From Amoebidium appalachense (taxonomy: Eukaryota > Protista > Ichthyosporea), in the NCBI GenBank assembly GCA_963693365.1, contig CAVNZM010000003.1:8117312-8181311 (forward strand): a DNA stretch of 64,000 nucleotides, read 5' to 3'. Position 1 is the first letter of the stretch; every line of letters begins with the position of its first letter. Below the pieces are notes generated by a model. It searched no databases and was not told the origin of the DNA. It saw only the letters and a list, made by a program, of their open reading frames with translations. The translations under genes were made by a program, and so were the position numbers. Below are positions 13,478-58,536 of the stretch, one piece after another.

Positions 13478-13814
13478 TGCCCCCTCCCTTTTCCCAAAAC
13501 TTTCCCACCACTCCATCACCCACCCCTATCCACTCCTGATGGCAGGATGCACATTGACGCCCCTCCCCTCCTTCCCCCCTTTCCCCCGCGGTCAAAGACA
13601 CACATAAGAATACAAGCCATTACACAAAGACTTGCCAGTTTTGGTACCACTGAAACCCATTATCCCCTTTCGAACAACTGCCTCCCCCCCACCCCCCACC
13701 CCCATCCTCATCCGAAAAAACACGTGCATGTGCACCCACACAGTGGTGACATACACTGTAGTACAATGATTACACACATCGACCCCCACAATCACGCACA
13801 CACCCGCACCCACC

Positions 13815-13861
<47 letters not shown>

Positions 13862-16274
13862 CTCATGCGGCTGTCTCATTGAGAAGGGTTCATGGCCATT
13901 GGGTCTATGGATCAATCTGGATTAAGTTAAAGATACACACGGGTCCAACCCAGGGGAAGGGTGGGGGGGGGGAAGGTCCTATCAGGAGAGCTATATGAAA
14001 GTGCAGTTTGTCTAGGGTCAGAAAGGAGGGGTGGGGGAGATAAAGGGTGGTGGTGTGATTACTCCCGAGAATTCACACTAAAAGGAAGAATTTTTCAATT
14101 TTCTTTTCGCAGACAGTTGGGGCCGAGCATGGATGGGTGCCACTCAAAAAACGAGACTTCACAGTTACTGTATCAATAATAGTATAAGTTACCACTTGTT
14201 TCATATCTGGATTGCTCCAAAAACAGACACCCGGGGAGAGTTAAGTTTAGTGCAGTTTTCTTTCAGCAGAAAGTTGTGGGGCGACCTAAATTTATATGAC
14301 CTCCGACTGTAACAGTAAAACGTCTTACATCTTACTACGAGCACGCACCCGGTGCATCTCTGTGGGATGCACGATACAGGGGGCAGGTCAACCCTACGTA
14401 GTAGTTAACGAATATTAGTTGCACTACGAAGAGAACGAATTGACATTTGATTGTGGGACAGATCTGGGTTTAGGATTGGTGGGGGAGGCGGGGGATGATT
14501 AGAAAACTGGTCGGAGTGGTATAGAATGACGGGGTTGATTGATCCTGAGCAACGGAGCATTTGCGCTCGCACAGCATGATCTGATTAAAATCCTCCCCCC
14601 CCCCCCCCCCCTCCCCCCTCCCCCCCCCCCCCCCCCCCCCTCCCCAACCCCTCTCCCTCCCCCCTCGAAGCTTCCCCTCTTCCTTGCCCCATTTGGTCCT
14701 TACCCCTTTCAATCGCGTCCGTAACACTACACGAACCAAGGTGTGAAAAAGAGTAATGGCTTGATGTGATTGGTGCCGTCGGATGTGTGCCAAGTATAGA
14801 ACGTGTGGGGCAGCAAGCAATGGAGTGACTAATTCACCACTGAGCCCATCTCTCATTTCCTGAAACCCCCCCTCCCCCCCCCCCCAAAAAAAAAAAAAAA
14901 AAAACTAGACCTCCTCGGCTCTTCCTCATCCTCATTTTCCTATTCCCCCCCCCCCCCCCCCCCCTCCCCTTCAGACACACGCAGACAGACGCACCCTCCC
15001 TCTGATTCAATATCTCTTGTGTATGCACTGGGTACCAAATCAGGTATTACCATAATAGGAAATAGCTCTCCTCATGGTGGTGCCCTGCGGTGCTGTGGCC
15101 TGAGATCCCCACTCAAGTAACCTCCGCAATATACACAGGCACAATATACATAGGCACGTCTCTATGGATCTTTGGTCGTTCCCCTCCTAGGCTTAGCCCC
15201 CTCCCCCCTCTCCCCCCTCCCCCCCCCCCCCCCCCCCCCCCCCCCAAACCATCCCCCCAGAGTCTCGCGCCCACCACCAACAGGTCGGCATGTTGCATTC
15301 TGCCGTCAATTTAAGTCGATCAGTTTATATCAAATTGTCTTCAGTGTGATTCCCCCTTAAGTTATTGCGTAATAATTGCCATGTTAAGGAATCCTAGAGA
15401 AACTCCGGTAGCCAAAGTACCCTGCAGGTGGCGCATTAACAGAGCAAGAGCCGTGCTGCCCTTAACCAATCACAAGCCAACACCTTTTTAATCAGCTGAT
15501 GTTCTAATCTTTCTTTATCCCTTATCCCCATCTAACATACCGTATGGCATGAAACAACACACACATTCTCCTCTTCCCTTCCGTTTGTGCTACAATGCCA
15601 TTTTTATCACACCAAGTCCTTTCTGTTGCTCCACTGCCATGTGGAGAATGGGGGGGACTAAAGCGTGAAACCTGAAGATACTCAAGTAATACAGTTTGTT
15701 TTACTGGTAAATAGCGGTTTGTTGCAACTCTGCAGGCGTACCTACAACAAACGGGCATGTAATAGTGCATGCAAACTGCAGGTTTCCTTCAGCTAAAATG
15801 GGGGGGCAACCGTGATATATGGTCCCCGACTCCAGAAAGCGCTATTGACTTTGAAAAAATTATTCACTGTGCACAAGAGAGTGAACAGGCCGTTCACTAA
15901 CGGTTACGGGCTCAGCTGTTTAATGACGAGAACACATTTGGGATATTTGATTGTGGGACATATCCGGCTAATTGCTCTACCCTATCAAACCCAAAACATC
16001 CTACCGCTCCGTGGCACCCGTCCCAAGGCCGCTCCATACAACACAGACCCCCCCCCCCCCCCCCCCCCCCCCCCCCTTTCCCCTTCCCCACACCCCCCTG
16101 CATGGATTAGCCAATATGTACACAACGGTCGGTCAGGTTAGAACACTTGCATCCCACGCTCTTTTTTATGGACTCCTCCTCTAACTCCCCCCCCCCCCGC
16201 CGCCGCCCCCCAACCCTCAATCCGGAGAAAATAATGGACACATGCACGGGCACGCACACACACAAAGCGAGATA

Positions 16275-16326
<52 letters not shown>

Positions 16327-17185
16327 AACGCACATGCGCAGGAAGGCAGATGCAAATATATAGCAAATCAAACGTTGGCGCTACATTTTCAAAACCGTCG
16401 GTTACGTACACACTCGCGTTTTATTCGAAATTCCCTCGAGAAATACCTTGTTGACAATCATCTTCTTACCATGGAGATACACAAGGGCAACTTACCCAGC
16501 ACTCATCGTGCACATGTGCAAACATACACATTCATCACACCAGGCAGTGGCCAATCAAATCGTTGCATACATAAACTCTCATATATAGTGAAAGCACATC
16601 GCATCAGTTCCAAAATGACATGGCCTCCCTGCTGTAATAGCCCCCCCCCCCCCCCCCCCACCCCCACCACCACGAATTCCCGCCCCTCCTCTCCACACAT
16701 GCATACAAGCACACAGACACGCTCGCACACACACCACAAGCTAATTATAGACAGTAAAAATCCAAGTCAACATTCACCAACACACCCCAACCCCATCGAT
16801 TAGGCAGGGCATGCTTGACATTCACATTGAATCAGATACGAAAAACATTGAGTATTGTGGTGGAGCGGGGGATACAAATACAGCCAAACTAATCACAAAT
16901 GTTTGGAGTAACTGGTAATTCTTTATACTTCGACGCTCCGTCGATAGATAAGGGATTTGTATATCTACACAAACATCTGCTTGTAACTAATTGTGAGCGC
17001 TAAGAAACACAGGAGTCATGGTACACACATACACCACCACATGAAAAACACACCTTGTGGCATTCACATTTTGGGAGTAGAGCCAACATTCTTCAAATTC
17101 CTTACATTCCATAAATTCTTGCACGTGCATTCCTTCATGTATTCTCAAAACAACCTTCAAAACGATAAGTATATGGTTTTAAAAC

Positions 17186-27614
<10,429 letters not shown>

Positions 27615-28530
27615 GGCAGGCTAGGTGCACACAAGGTAGGCATACCAAAACAGTGAAAGAAAACTATAAACGTTGCTGGAAACGAGGGTTCAACACTGCA
27701 CAATGTGTACAGTGTAGGTGTTTTGTTGCTGCCAGTCTAGCCATGCAAGTGATCTGCAGAAAGTAGATTCCGCTTGACGCGATTGGGAGGGGGGGAAAAC
27801 TGCCCCTTATAACTTTTACGTGCTTTACCCCTGAAACTACAAACAAAAAGCCATAAATACACAGTCAGACACCGTTCGGAACTGAAAGAGAGAGTGCAGT
27901 GACAAAACAAGTTCAAGTGCGCGAACATGCATCCATGGTTTTCCTACAACATCTGTGCTGTCTTTTAGATATTAGTTTTATTAGATATGCCCCTAGCCTC
28001 TAGTCTAAGCCATGTGTAATACGAATGGGTGTGAACAACAAATAAACTTCATAAAGGCATGGCAGGAACGTGAAAAATGGATAACTTTGACGTTTTAGTA
28101 GAGTTCTTAACCGTTAAATGTGGAGACTTTTTAGCCCTTTTTATTACTGCTACATAATGATACATGTTTGCAAAAAGAAACGAAACTGTAACTTTAATGA
28201 GATAGACAAAAAACAAATTACCTTTTTTTATGCTATATTTATTTCACTGCTTTCAAGAAACCATCTCATTGGGCCTTGTTTTGAAATTTGGCGGGAATCT
28301 TCAATTCAATTTTCTTTTTCTATGTAGGCCTAGACAGAGAAAGCTTAAAATACCGTGACACTGTTAGGTTCCTCAGTGGCTCTACGTCATACCAACTTCG
28401 TGTTTTTTTTTGGCCTTTTCCCTTGCAGTGACCCTCGAAAGTTGCAGCAGCTGTGTCATTTTGAGCCCTGTGCCCAAACGAGCAGAGCCCACCAACCTGC
28501 AGATCACACCTGTCTTTGTCAAAATCCAAC
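27615..28530. promoter_or_regulatory. Bidirectional promoter region between PIAS and LisH-WD40
   Basis: About 0.9 kb, AT-rich, free of microsatellites, head-to-head. Contains TTTGAA (28280-28285) next to TTTGGCGGGAA (28287-28297, E2F-type). Confidence 0.55.
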
Positions 28531-39470
<10,940 letters not shown>

Positions 39471-39819
39471 GCGGATGGTGCTGGAAGGTACTGTGTGCGT
39501 GGTGTTGGGGTGTACTAATAGTAGCTGATGACATGTTGCTAGACACTGCTGTGCGCGCGGTGCTAGAAAGTACTGTGGGTTTTGTGGTGGAAAGTACTGG
39601 GTGCATGATGATGCATGAAAGGTACCGTGTGCATGCCGGTATTGGCATGATGTACTGCGCTAATAGATCAAGAATGGTGTTGCACTTGTGTGAACCAGAT
39701 ATTTTATGTAGTAGTGATATATGTTATGTGTACCTGTAGTCTTGTGTAACTCATGCCGTGTGCCTGGTCCAACATGATATGTTGTTGATGCACAGCAGGC
39801 AGATACAGATTCGCTTGCT

Positions 39820-39939
<120 letters not shown>

Positions 39940-40575
39940 CCATCCTCGCATACATGTGCACGCACGAATATCCCAGGCACTGGTACCTTGGCACATCTTG
40001 TTAAATGCAGTGAGTCACAGTTGGTTTGACCGTGGATGGTACATAGATAATGAATGTCTGCGAATAGGGGTTGTATGTTAGCACTGATGTTATACAGCCC
40101 CATCATCTGTCTTTAGTGTGAATATATTCTTAAGTGATTGTGTAGATACACAGCATGATGATGATATGGAAGAGTGTGTTAACCTATCCCCATAATTGAC
40201 AAACCATGGATGCAGCTGCCGCTGGTCGGTACGTACGTGGGCGTGTTTTGCCCATGGCCTAATTCGAGATCCTGCATACATGCTCCGCCCCATATACACC
40301 CATGTTGTAACTTTTCGGCTCCCTCTGTCGCCCGCGCCCTCCATGCCTCCCGAGACACTATAGTACACGTGCGTGTGAATACACACGCGCGCACACACAC
40401 ACACACACATTTTGTGCTTGACTGTGTGCCACTCTCACACAGACGGAACGACCGAATGAACACAGCACGCTCTCAGTGTAGTGTGTATGTGTGCGTGCCA
40501 CCTCTCTCTCTATCTCCCTCTCCCTCCCCGTCTCCCTCAGGCTCTCCCTCTCCCTCCCTCCGTCCCTCTCTCCCT

Positions 40576-40650
<75 letters not shown>

Positions 40651-42634
40651 CCCCCCTCTCTCCCCGTCTCCCCTCCCTCTCTCTCCCCTCTCTCCCCCTC
40701 TTCCCCTCCGTCTCTCTCTCTCTCTCCCCGCCCCCCTCCACTCTCTCTCTCTCCCACCCTCCCTTCCCCCCCCCCCCCCCGGCTCTCTCTCTCTCTCTCT
40801 CTGTCTGTCTGTCTGTCTGTCAGAGTTCTTGTGTATGTGTGCGCGTGCGCGTGCGTGCACGCGTGTGCTGTGTGTGGGTGCGCGAGTATGTGTTTGTGCG
40901 TATGTGTGCACGCGCAGGCTCTGTGGGTGTCTGTGTGGAGCTTCGTGCTGGCCTGGTGCGGTTGCCAACTTCACTGCATATATGGGCACCGAGATCACAA
41001 GGAGTGCGTGGCAGCAGCCCTACCTGTAGCGGCCTCATGCATCATCTCCCCGGGAGGCCTTGGCCAGCAGGCGCCGGACCTGTTTGATGCATGCCGGCAG
41101 TGCTTCCGGAACCACCCAACAGATGTAAACCCAGACCATAAGCTTTATTGATTGTTTTTGTTTTACAAAGACGCTATATGCCTTCCCCCCCCCCCCCCCC
41201 CCCCCCTCCCCTCTCCGCCTTCTTAACTAGAAAAAGAACAGGCATGACACTGCATGCTTGCAAACGGAGCTGAAAACTGAGAAACCAAAAATAGCCATCT
41301 CGCTCATCTCGCCTGCGACGTCTTTCTGTCTGTCTGTGCCTCGACTTGTCGGCCGTGGCCGAGCGTCGGAGCGGGCTAATGAAATAGTAACCCCCCAAAA
41401 TAAATGTCTGCTGCGGCAGCCTCTTGCCTGCCAACGGTAACTTCAGGCTGCTACTTTTTAGCACAATGTATAGTAAATTTTATCATAATTGATTAATAAT
41501 TTCAAAATAAATATATTTTTTCGAGGTTTTCTCTCTCTCAGACGCTCTATTACTATGTAGGTTTGATTTCGTCAATGAATTCGCATGCTGTTTTTTTTGG
41601 CTGCAATTCCGCGAAAAGAGTGTATGGGGATCATATTTTCGGCGCGGGACTTTCTTTCTCTGGTGCGTTGAAAGCCAATCATAATTGTTGAAATTATCGG
41701 TGGTATGTTAACTTGAACATAAATCTGGGTGGGCCGCACCGGTATTTTCTTGCCGCAAGCTACCCAGAAATGCTTGTAATCGACAACTCAATCCTGCATA
41801 AATATACCGTCACCAACAAATACTAAACCCCTCTATATTTATTCCTGCTATATAAGCTGTACAAATGACTCAATAATATCGCGATGTTGGTACGGCCGGG
41901 TAAATGCTTGCATGCCACTGGATGCCGCAACAACCAGTCAGTTCCGTTTATTTTAACATATACTACTTGGTGTAAATTTATTTTTGGAGCACGCCACATG
42001 CATTCACTCACAGTCAGCACACAAACGACTGTATACGTATGCGAAACAAACACACCAGTATACTTCTGTGGTCCTTTTTTTCCCCTCAAGTATTAATTTC
42101 CTCAAACCATCACACACAGGACTAAGGTACTCTTTACATGTGCAAAATTTTACATTGTGTACTTGCGCATGTAGGGTTTCAAACACGGAAATACACCACC
42201 AGTACGGTACTTCTTGGTACACCTACCCACACCTCTTTGGGTGCAGATTTTTCCACCCTATCATATGCCAACTGGAGAAGAATAGATCGAAACGTAAGCT
42301 GGGGCCAAAAAAGTCGCGGCTGCACCAGGGTGGACTGTCAATACGGCGGTTTTAGGGTAAGTGGTGTGATCCGGAAGTACTTTGTGCACTCATTATCTGG
42401 TAAATCTTTGGTGCAAAAATACCATAAGGGCCTATCTTATAATGGAACACAATATGAAGGCATGTTCATGAATGAACTCCCGTGTACATTGTAGTAGAGT
42501 TGTCTTAGTAACTGCGTGTCGTACATGCTAGTAGTACAAACCCTCTTTAACACACTTGACTATGTGGAGGTATTTAGCCTCCTTCCCATCCTGCGTTTCT
42601 AACACCACCTCTTGCCCCCAGGTGCAACTTAAAG

Positions 42635-43882
42635 ATGCATCTGTCCGCGCACGGGCCCAAGCCGGGCATTATCCGGTTGGTGATTCTTCTTTTTGTAATG
42701 GCCAACGTTTACTTGCTTATAACACACAACCGTGTATCTGTACGCACCACCGTCGTGGAGGAAACCACGCCAGAGGCACCAGAACACGATGTCCACCACG
42801 ACGCCATTCACCAGCAACCACCACGACAGAATGACATTCCAATCCAACAAAGAAACCAACCCCAAATACCTCCACCTGCCCCCTTACCCAACCCCGTACC
42901 CCTACCACGTCAACCTCTTAAGGCACCCCCTGCCGGCGCAGTCGCAATTTCACGTCCCCCAGCACCCGCTCCACAATCTGCCCCCGCCACTCTGTCCCCT
43001 GCTACTCAACCAAATAGCGATGAGATGGTAGTGGTGACTGGGGCCAACTCGGCATATTTTGGCGCGTTGAGGAATCTAGTAGGTTCTATACATTTCTGGA
43101 ACCCCGGAAAGAAAGTGGTGGTGTACGACCTGGGGCTCACAGAGGACAACCGCAAGGAGGTGTCTAAATGGTGCAACGTTGAAATGGCGTGGAAGGGTGG
43201 TATCCCCACTGAGTACCCACCGCACATACACCAACCGAAGGTGTATGCATGGAAACCGCTGGCTTTGCAAGATGTACTCAAGAGGCATAAGGTGGTGCTG
43301 TGGATCGATGCAGGGAGCAACGTGCGTGGCCCATTGGAGAAAATTGAGGGGTATTTGAGGAAGGATGGAGTGTTTTTGGTACAGGGGCAGGATAACGATA
43401 TGACACCGAAATCACACGACGCCAGTTTTACGTTTTTGGGGAAGAAGAAGCAGGACTTTGTGGGCAAGAAGAGTTTCTCTGGTGAGTGCTGTCGTGGTGT
43501 TTTCCACTCAGTGCTGTTTCCTTTTGCATGTGCACACACACACACGCACACGTACACACACATGCACATCTCCCCTCTTCCGTTCTCCCCCCCCCCCCCC
43601 ACACACACACACACACACCTCCCCCCTTCTCGCCCCCCACTTCAGTCCCCCAGACATGCTCGCACCGTCCCCCATGCACTCTTGGGTGTACATATGTGTG
43701 CATCCCCGGCATGTGTAATGTGGCCTTCTTTTATAGTGGATTTGGACTGAGTTCTGTATTCTCCCCCCCCCCCCCCCCCTCTCCGAGGTGCAACCTAGCA
43801 TACATGTGCTTGCCCACACAGACGCGCGCACGCACACACACAAACACACACGTCCGCACGTGCATACACGCTCATGCACCCG

Positions 43883-43927
<45 letters not shown>

Positions 43928-44332
43928 AATACGGTGTGGTGCAATGTGCCCTTCTTTGTGTCATTGCCCAATGTACTGGGATCCCCCCTCCCCCCCCTCC
44001 CCCCCCCTCCCCCCCTCCGCCCCCCCCCCACACACACAAACACACACACAAACACATCTCCACCCACCCACCCATTCCCATCCTTCGATATCTCTGCCGT
44101 CCTCATGGCACGACCCACCCAGAACACTGGCTACCTCCCAAATACCATATGCTAGCACTGCCAACCCAGCCCTCCCTCTCCCCTCCCCCCGCCCTTCCGC
44201 CCCTCCCCCCCCAACACACACACACACACACACACCACACCCCACACCACCACACCGCCTCACCTCCCACACTACACTCCCCCTCCCCCCCCCCCCCCCC
44301 CGGCGCCCAACCATACACACGCACTCGCGCGT

Positions 44333-44378
<46 letters not shown>

Positions 44379-44608
44379 CCTCCCCTTCCACCCCCACCCC
44401 CCCACACACACATCCATCTCTTCCGCCCACACATTTCCTTTTCTCCACAGGCAATCTTCAGGGGTGGATTGCGGATAGCCGGCCCTTCCACCAGATCCTC
44501 ATACCCCAGGTTGCATGCATGATGAATGCAAACTGCATAGCCCCCCGGGTCTGGTTTGCACAACCACCGCTACGATCAGACCATCCTGAGTATCATTGCT
44601 TATTCGTC

Positions 44609-44695
<87 letters not shown>

Positions 44696-44786
44696 CGGGA
44701 GGGGGGGGGGGGGGGGGGGGGGGGCGGGTAAGGGAGGAGGGGGAGGGGGGGACACGGGTGTGTGTTGAGGGGTGTGTTTTCGTGTT

Positions 44787-44838
<52 letters not shown>

Positions 44839-45141
44839 GCATGTGTGAGAGCAGCTGTGCACATATGCGAGTTTGTGTTTATGTGCACACGAGTGGGTAT
44901 CTGTGTGTGCAATGTGGGGTGTGTGTTCGTGTGTAGTTTTGGGCAAGTGGGTGCAGTTAAGTGTTGTGTAGGCCATGTTTCTTCATGGATGCATGCACGT
45001 GCATGAAAGGAATGCATGTGCTTCTTTTGTTTTGTCGCTTTCCTTGCTTCCTGCCGAGCGCTGAGTGTGTACATGCAAACACATGCATGCCTCCATTTGC
45101 CCAGATACAAAGCCCACAAAACTGAGTTGGCAGTACAAGGA

Positions 45142-45211
<70 letters not shown>

Positions 45212-45274
45212 CAAACACATGCATGCCTACATCCGCCCAGGTACAAAACCCACAAAACTGAGTTGGCAGTACAA

Positions 45275-45370
<96 letters not shown>

Positions 45371-47097
45371 CTGCCCATGCGCACACACAAGCACACAAGC
45401 ACACGTACTCACACATGCGGCACACACATACAGACATGCTCTCTCTCTCTGTCTCTCTCTCTCCGTGTATCTGTGTGTGTCTGCGTGTGTGTGTGTGTGT
45501 GTGTGTGTGTTTGCGCGCACGCGTGCGCGTGCGCGCACGTGCACTGTGTGTGTGTGTGTGCATATGTGTGTATTTATGTATGTATGTGTCATTCTCTTCA
45601 GGCTCTTAAACACTCATTAAGGCCTAGTGAAACTCGATTCCATTCGTGAGTTGATAACAACTCCCGTTCTCCCGCTCGTCCCCCATGCCCATCCCTCCTA
45701 TTGTTCTAGAGTCCGCACAGAACACATGTTTCTCTCCAGCACACACCCCTTTTCTATCTGCCTATTCCCCTCTGTACCCAGTAACTTTTCACCCCTTAGC
45801 ACTACTCTCCCCCCGACTCCCTGTCCCTCTCACCCTAAAGCCCAATCTCTCTTCTTTCCATATCATCCCATGAACAAGCCCTTGACCATAGTCACGGAAA
45901 GGTTTTTGAGTTTACCCCCACCTTTTGCACCATTTTCCACCAATCACCACACTAACCACATAACCATATATAGGTATTGACGTCACCGAGCATACGGAAC
46001 TACTTTCCGCCGACCGCCGAGAACTTCACCCCGACTCCACACAGCCAAGTACCCGGTTGGTGTGGACTTCCCGAGGTTCGAATTCGGATTACGTACAATA
46101 TCTTAAAACTACCGATTGTCCTGCCCCAAAGCAGGCTTCCCTGGCCGCAAATCCCGGAATACGTTCGGAAAATACGGGTAAATCCGGAAGGGATGAGGAT
46201 GTGGATGAGCAAGGGGAAGCCGAAGGGCTCGATATGAAGGAGTTGAAGGCTATGGCTGCCGAGAAGAAAACACCGGAAATTGATTCAGAAGATGATAGCG
46301 CGTGGAAGAAAATTACCAATTGGGTGGTTATCACCGGCGCAAATTCCGGATATTTTGAGGCCCTTCGTAATTTCGTGGGGTCTGTTCACTTTTGGAACCC
46401 TAAGCAAACCATCGTTGTTTATGACTTGGGTATGACGGATGATCAGCGTGCACAGATCAAAAAATGGTGCAAAGTAGATTTGCGTTGGCCCGGGGGGGTT
46501 CCCGCAAATATGCCGGACCACCTGAGAGAGCCGAAGGTGTACGCATGGAAACCCCCCGCAATGCTCGACGCCGTAAATTCGTACGGAGCGGGGATCTGGA
46601 TCGACGCAGGGAGCAATGTGCGGGGTCCATTGGAGGCCGCGGCAAAATTTCTCTTCCAAGATGGTCACTTTTTGGTTCAGGGGCAGGATGACGGTATGTA
46701 TAGGTGGTCCCACCCAGGGATGGTCTCCTACCTTAAACAAGATAGGGAACAGTTTAAGGGACCCGGCCACGAGAGTTTTTCGGGTAACTGGCAAGGATGG
46801 GTTAAGGGTAGCCCCGGATATAAGAAGATTCTTCTTCCTATGGTCGATTGTGCTAATGTCAGGGAGTGCATTTCTCCCCCTGGATCTAGTTTGGGGGATC
46901 ATAGATACGATCAGGCTGTACTTAGCGTTCTATCATATTCGTCTGGTTTGAATATTACTGCACATACGGAATTGTTGGCGTATGCGAGATTTCAACTGGA
47001 AATGGACCATACCAAACCGAGTAAGATGATTGTATGGACATCTAGAGGTGGTGATGCGGACTATGTGAAATATTTGAAGACTGGTAATTGCTCATAG
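42635..47097 (+). CDS. Type II membrane protein with two tandem DUF1647-like (putative glycosyltransferase) domains
   Basis: Exons 42635-43481, 44451-44611 (+1 frame change at 44541-44549) and 45974-47097. N-terminal TM segment (IIRLVILLFVMANVYLLI), Pro-rich stem, then two copies of VVxTGANSxYFxALRN...VVYDLG...YAWKP...WIDAGS...HRYDQ...VWTSRG. Family assignment is from recalled motifs. Confidence 0.82.
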
Positions 47098-48398
47098 GGA
47101 TATGTGTGTGATTGTTCCGATTCTGCTTTTGCATTACAACACCAAGTCATTTCCACATACACCGGAAGATACACACACATAGCAGTATCGTCAAAACAAG
47201 TGCGCACACAGTAAATACCAACACTAAACATGCTTGATGTCATAAGAACTAATAGGTAAACACACGTGCACACAGATATGTTTGATGTATGCATCTTACG
47301 ATTGTCCGGAAATCTGTTACAGTACTTAAAAGGTTGCAAACCGCTAAAAACCCTAATTTTTTTGTTTGTTTTTTTGCAGCGGTGCTGCTACGTATTGCTA
47401 TCATGTTCTATCGATTTTCTGTATTGTTTGTGCATTCTCACATAGTGTGTGCGCACGTTCAGATCTATAAAGGTACAGTAGTTTCGTATATATCACGGAC
47501 AGCAAATTCATCTTGGATGCTGTAAATATGGGTAGGGCTGGTAACAACACATAAAGGTTTGTAACAACTGGGTTTACACCATCAAAATGAAATCGATATC
47601 CACTGAACATATTCCAGACCCCCGTCTCTCTCTCGTAATCCCTTCCTGTCCCCCTTCTCGTCTTTGGCCATGACGGGTGGACTCACCTATTGCTGTTGAA
47701 ACAAAGTATGAACCGTTGGGAACCACACGCAAGAGGTTAAAGAGTCGAAACCCATGCTTTTGTTGAGGCACAGGAACCCCCCTGAAAATGGGCTCTGTTC
47801 AAGTGTTTCCTGCCTGCACGCTCTAAACTTTTTGATTTCCGGGTTTCTTCGTTTTTGACGTTTAGTATTTTGTCAATTTCGGCGTCTCCTCTGCAGAATT
47901 TCCAAACCCCTACATATACCGCATAGATCCCCCCCCCCCCCCCCCCCCCCCCCCCTCTCCCCCTCCTCCTCCCCTAACTCCCCCGCCGCCGCCGCTTCCG
48001 CCGAAGGCCTCAACCCAACCCTGCTTCCCTCGAGCTCAACCGCACACATATGTACGTACTACACTCACGCCCACTTCCCTCTCCCTTGCTTATTAGGTCT
48101 AATAGTATTACAGACACATGCACACACCCAGGACGCCCGGTGCTTATAATATATGTATAATAAGTGGAGAAGCTCCTACATGCATGCACACACATGAAGT
48201 AGGCCCATCCCACCGTGACGTACATGCATGTCTGTTCATCATCACAAGCTGTAACTATAGCTAAGTGGCACCACTTGATATCAATGTGCACCATACGTCC
48301 GGCGGTAACGCTCCAACTGATGGTGCCCGTTGCCATGGGTTTTTTTAAGGTGCTGCATGCTTCCTACACCATCCCCCACCATCCCCCCCTCCCTCCCC

Positions 48399-48451
<53 letters not shown>

Positions 48452-48528
48452 CGGGCCCTCCGCCACACGTGCACACACACACATGTACACAAACACACAA
48501 AGGCGGGGACTAAGGGGTTGGGATTAGA

Positions 48529-48566
<38 letters not shown>

Positions 48567-48839
48567 AATTCTTGATACGACTTTATGTTTAATCACACCA
48601 TCTTGGGTTTTTTATTCTGCAAAAGTTCTTTTGCCCCAGGGCTTGACCACATTGTCCAGGCCCGTTGACAACGACGTTTCGACACTATATCTTGCAAGAC
48701 AAAGTACAAAACTTTCGAGCATTATTTGTTTCTACACCATTTGTTGGGGTTCTTCAGTGCGTGTGTTGTTACCGAGCCTCTATGTCTATCTAGTATATAT
48801 GTATATCAAAGCAACTATCCAAATTCCCGGATCTCCACG

Positions 48840-49035
48840 ATTAGCCTAATATGGAAGTAAGCCGGAGAGTCGGTGTAACACACCAAACCCAAACGGACGC
48901 CATAATCCATTTAGCCTTATATGGAAATGCAATCGAAAGGGAGATTGCAAACACACCAAAACCCCAATGAAGACCGTTATCCGATCAACCTAATATGGGC
49001 ATATGATTGAAAGGGACAGCGCAACACCAGACCTA
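48840..49035. repeat. Diverged tandem repeat of about 72 bp, about 3 units
   Basis: Recurring cct(a/t)atatgg...acacc motif at about 48845, 48915 and 48988. Confidence 0.6.
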
Positions 49036-49345
49036 TCATAGAGACAACATTCATTCGGTCTCCTCTTGCTTCTAGCAACTTCCATCAAAGCATACAAAGC
49101 ATGAGGTCTCGGTCAAAACTACGTGTGGTGGGTGCACGTGTTGGGGGTTTGAACCCCACCAAAACCAAATTCAACCATTTTCAAGTTTTCTAAAAAACTT
49201 TAAACACCCGATAAATAAATAGCTCAACGCGTGATATGAAAGCGGTGGTAAGACTTGGTGTGCAATTAGTAGGCCGCCACATAATTACAAAAACGGTGTT
49301 AATTCAGAATAAGTGATTCAACACATGATACGAAATTTCAATTTC

Positions 49346-58536
<9,191 letters not shown>

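Noticed and set aside
41090-41125. CRQCFR resembling ribosomal protein S29/uS14
   Set aside because: The upstream CxxC and the flanking conserved residues are absent, so a six-residue coincidence is likely.
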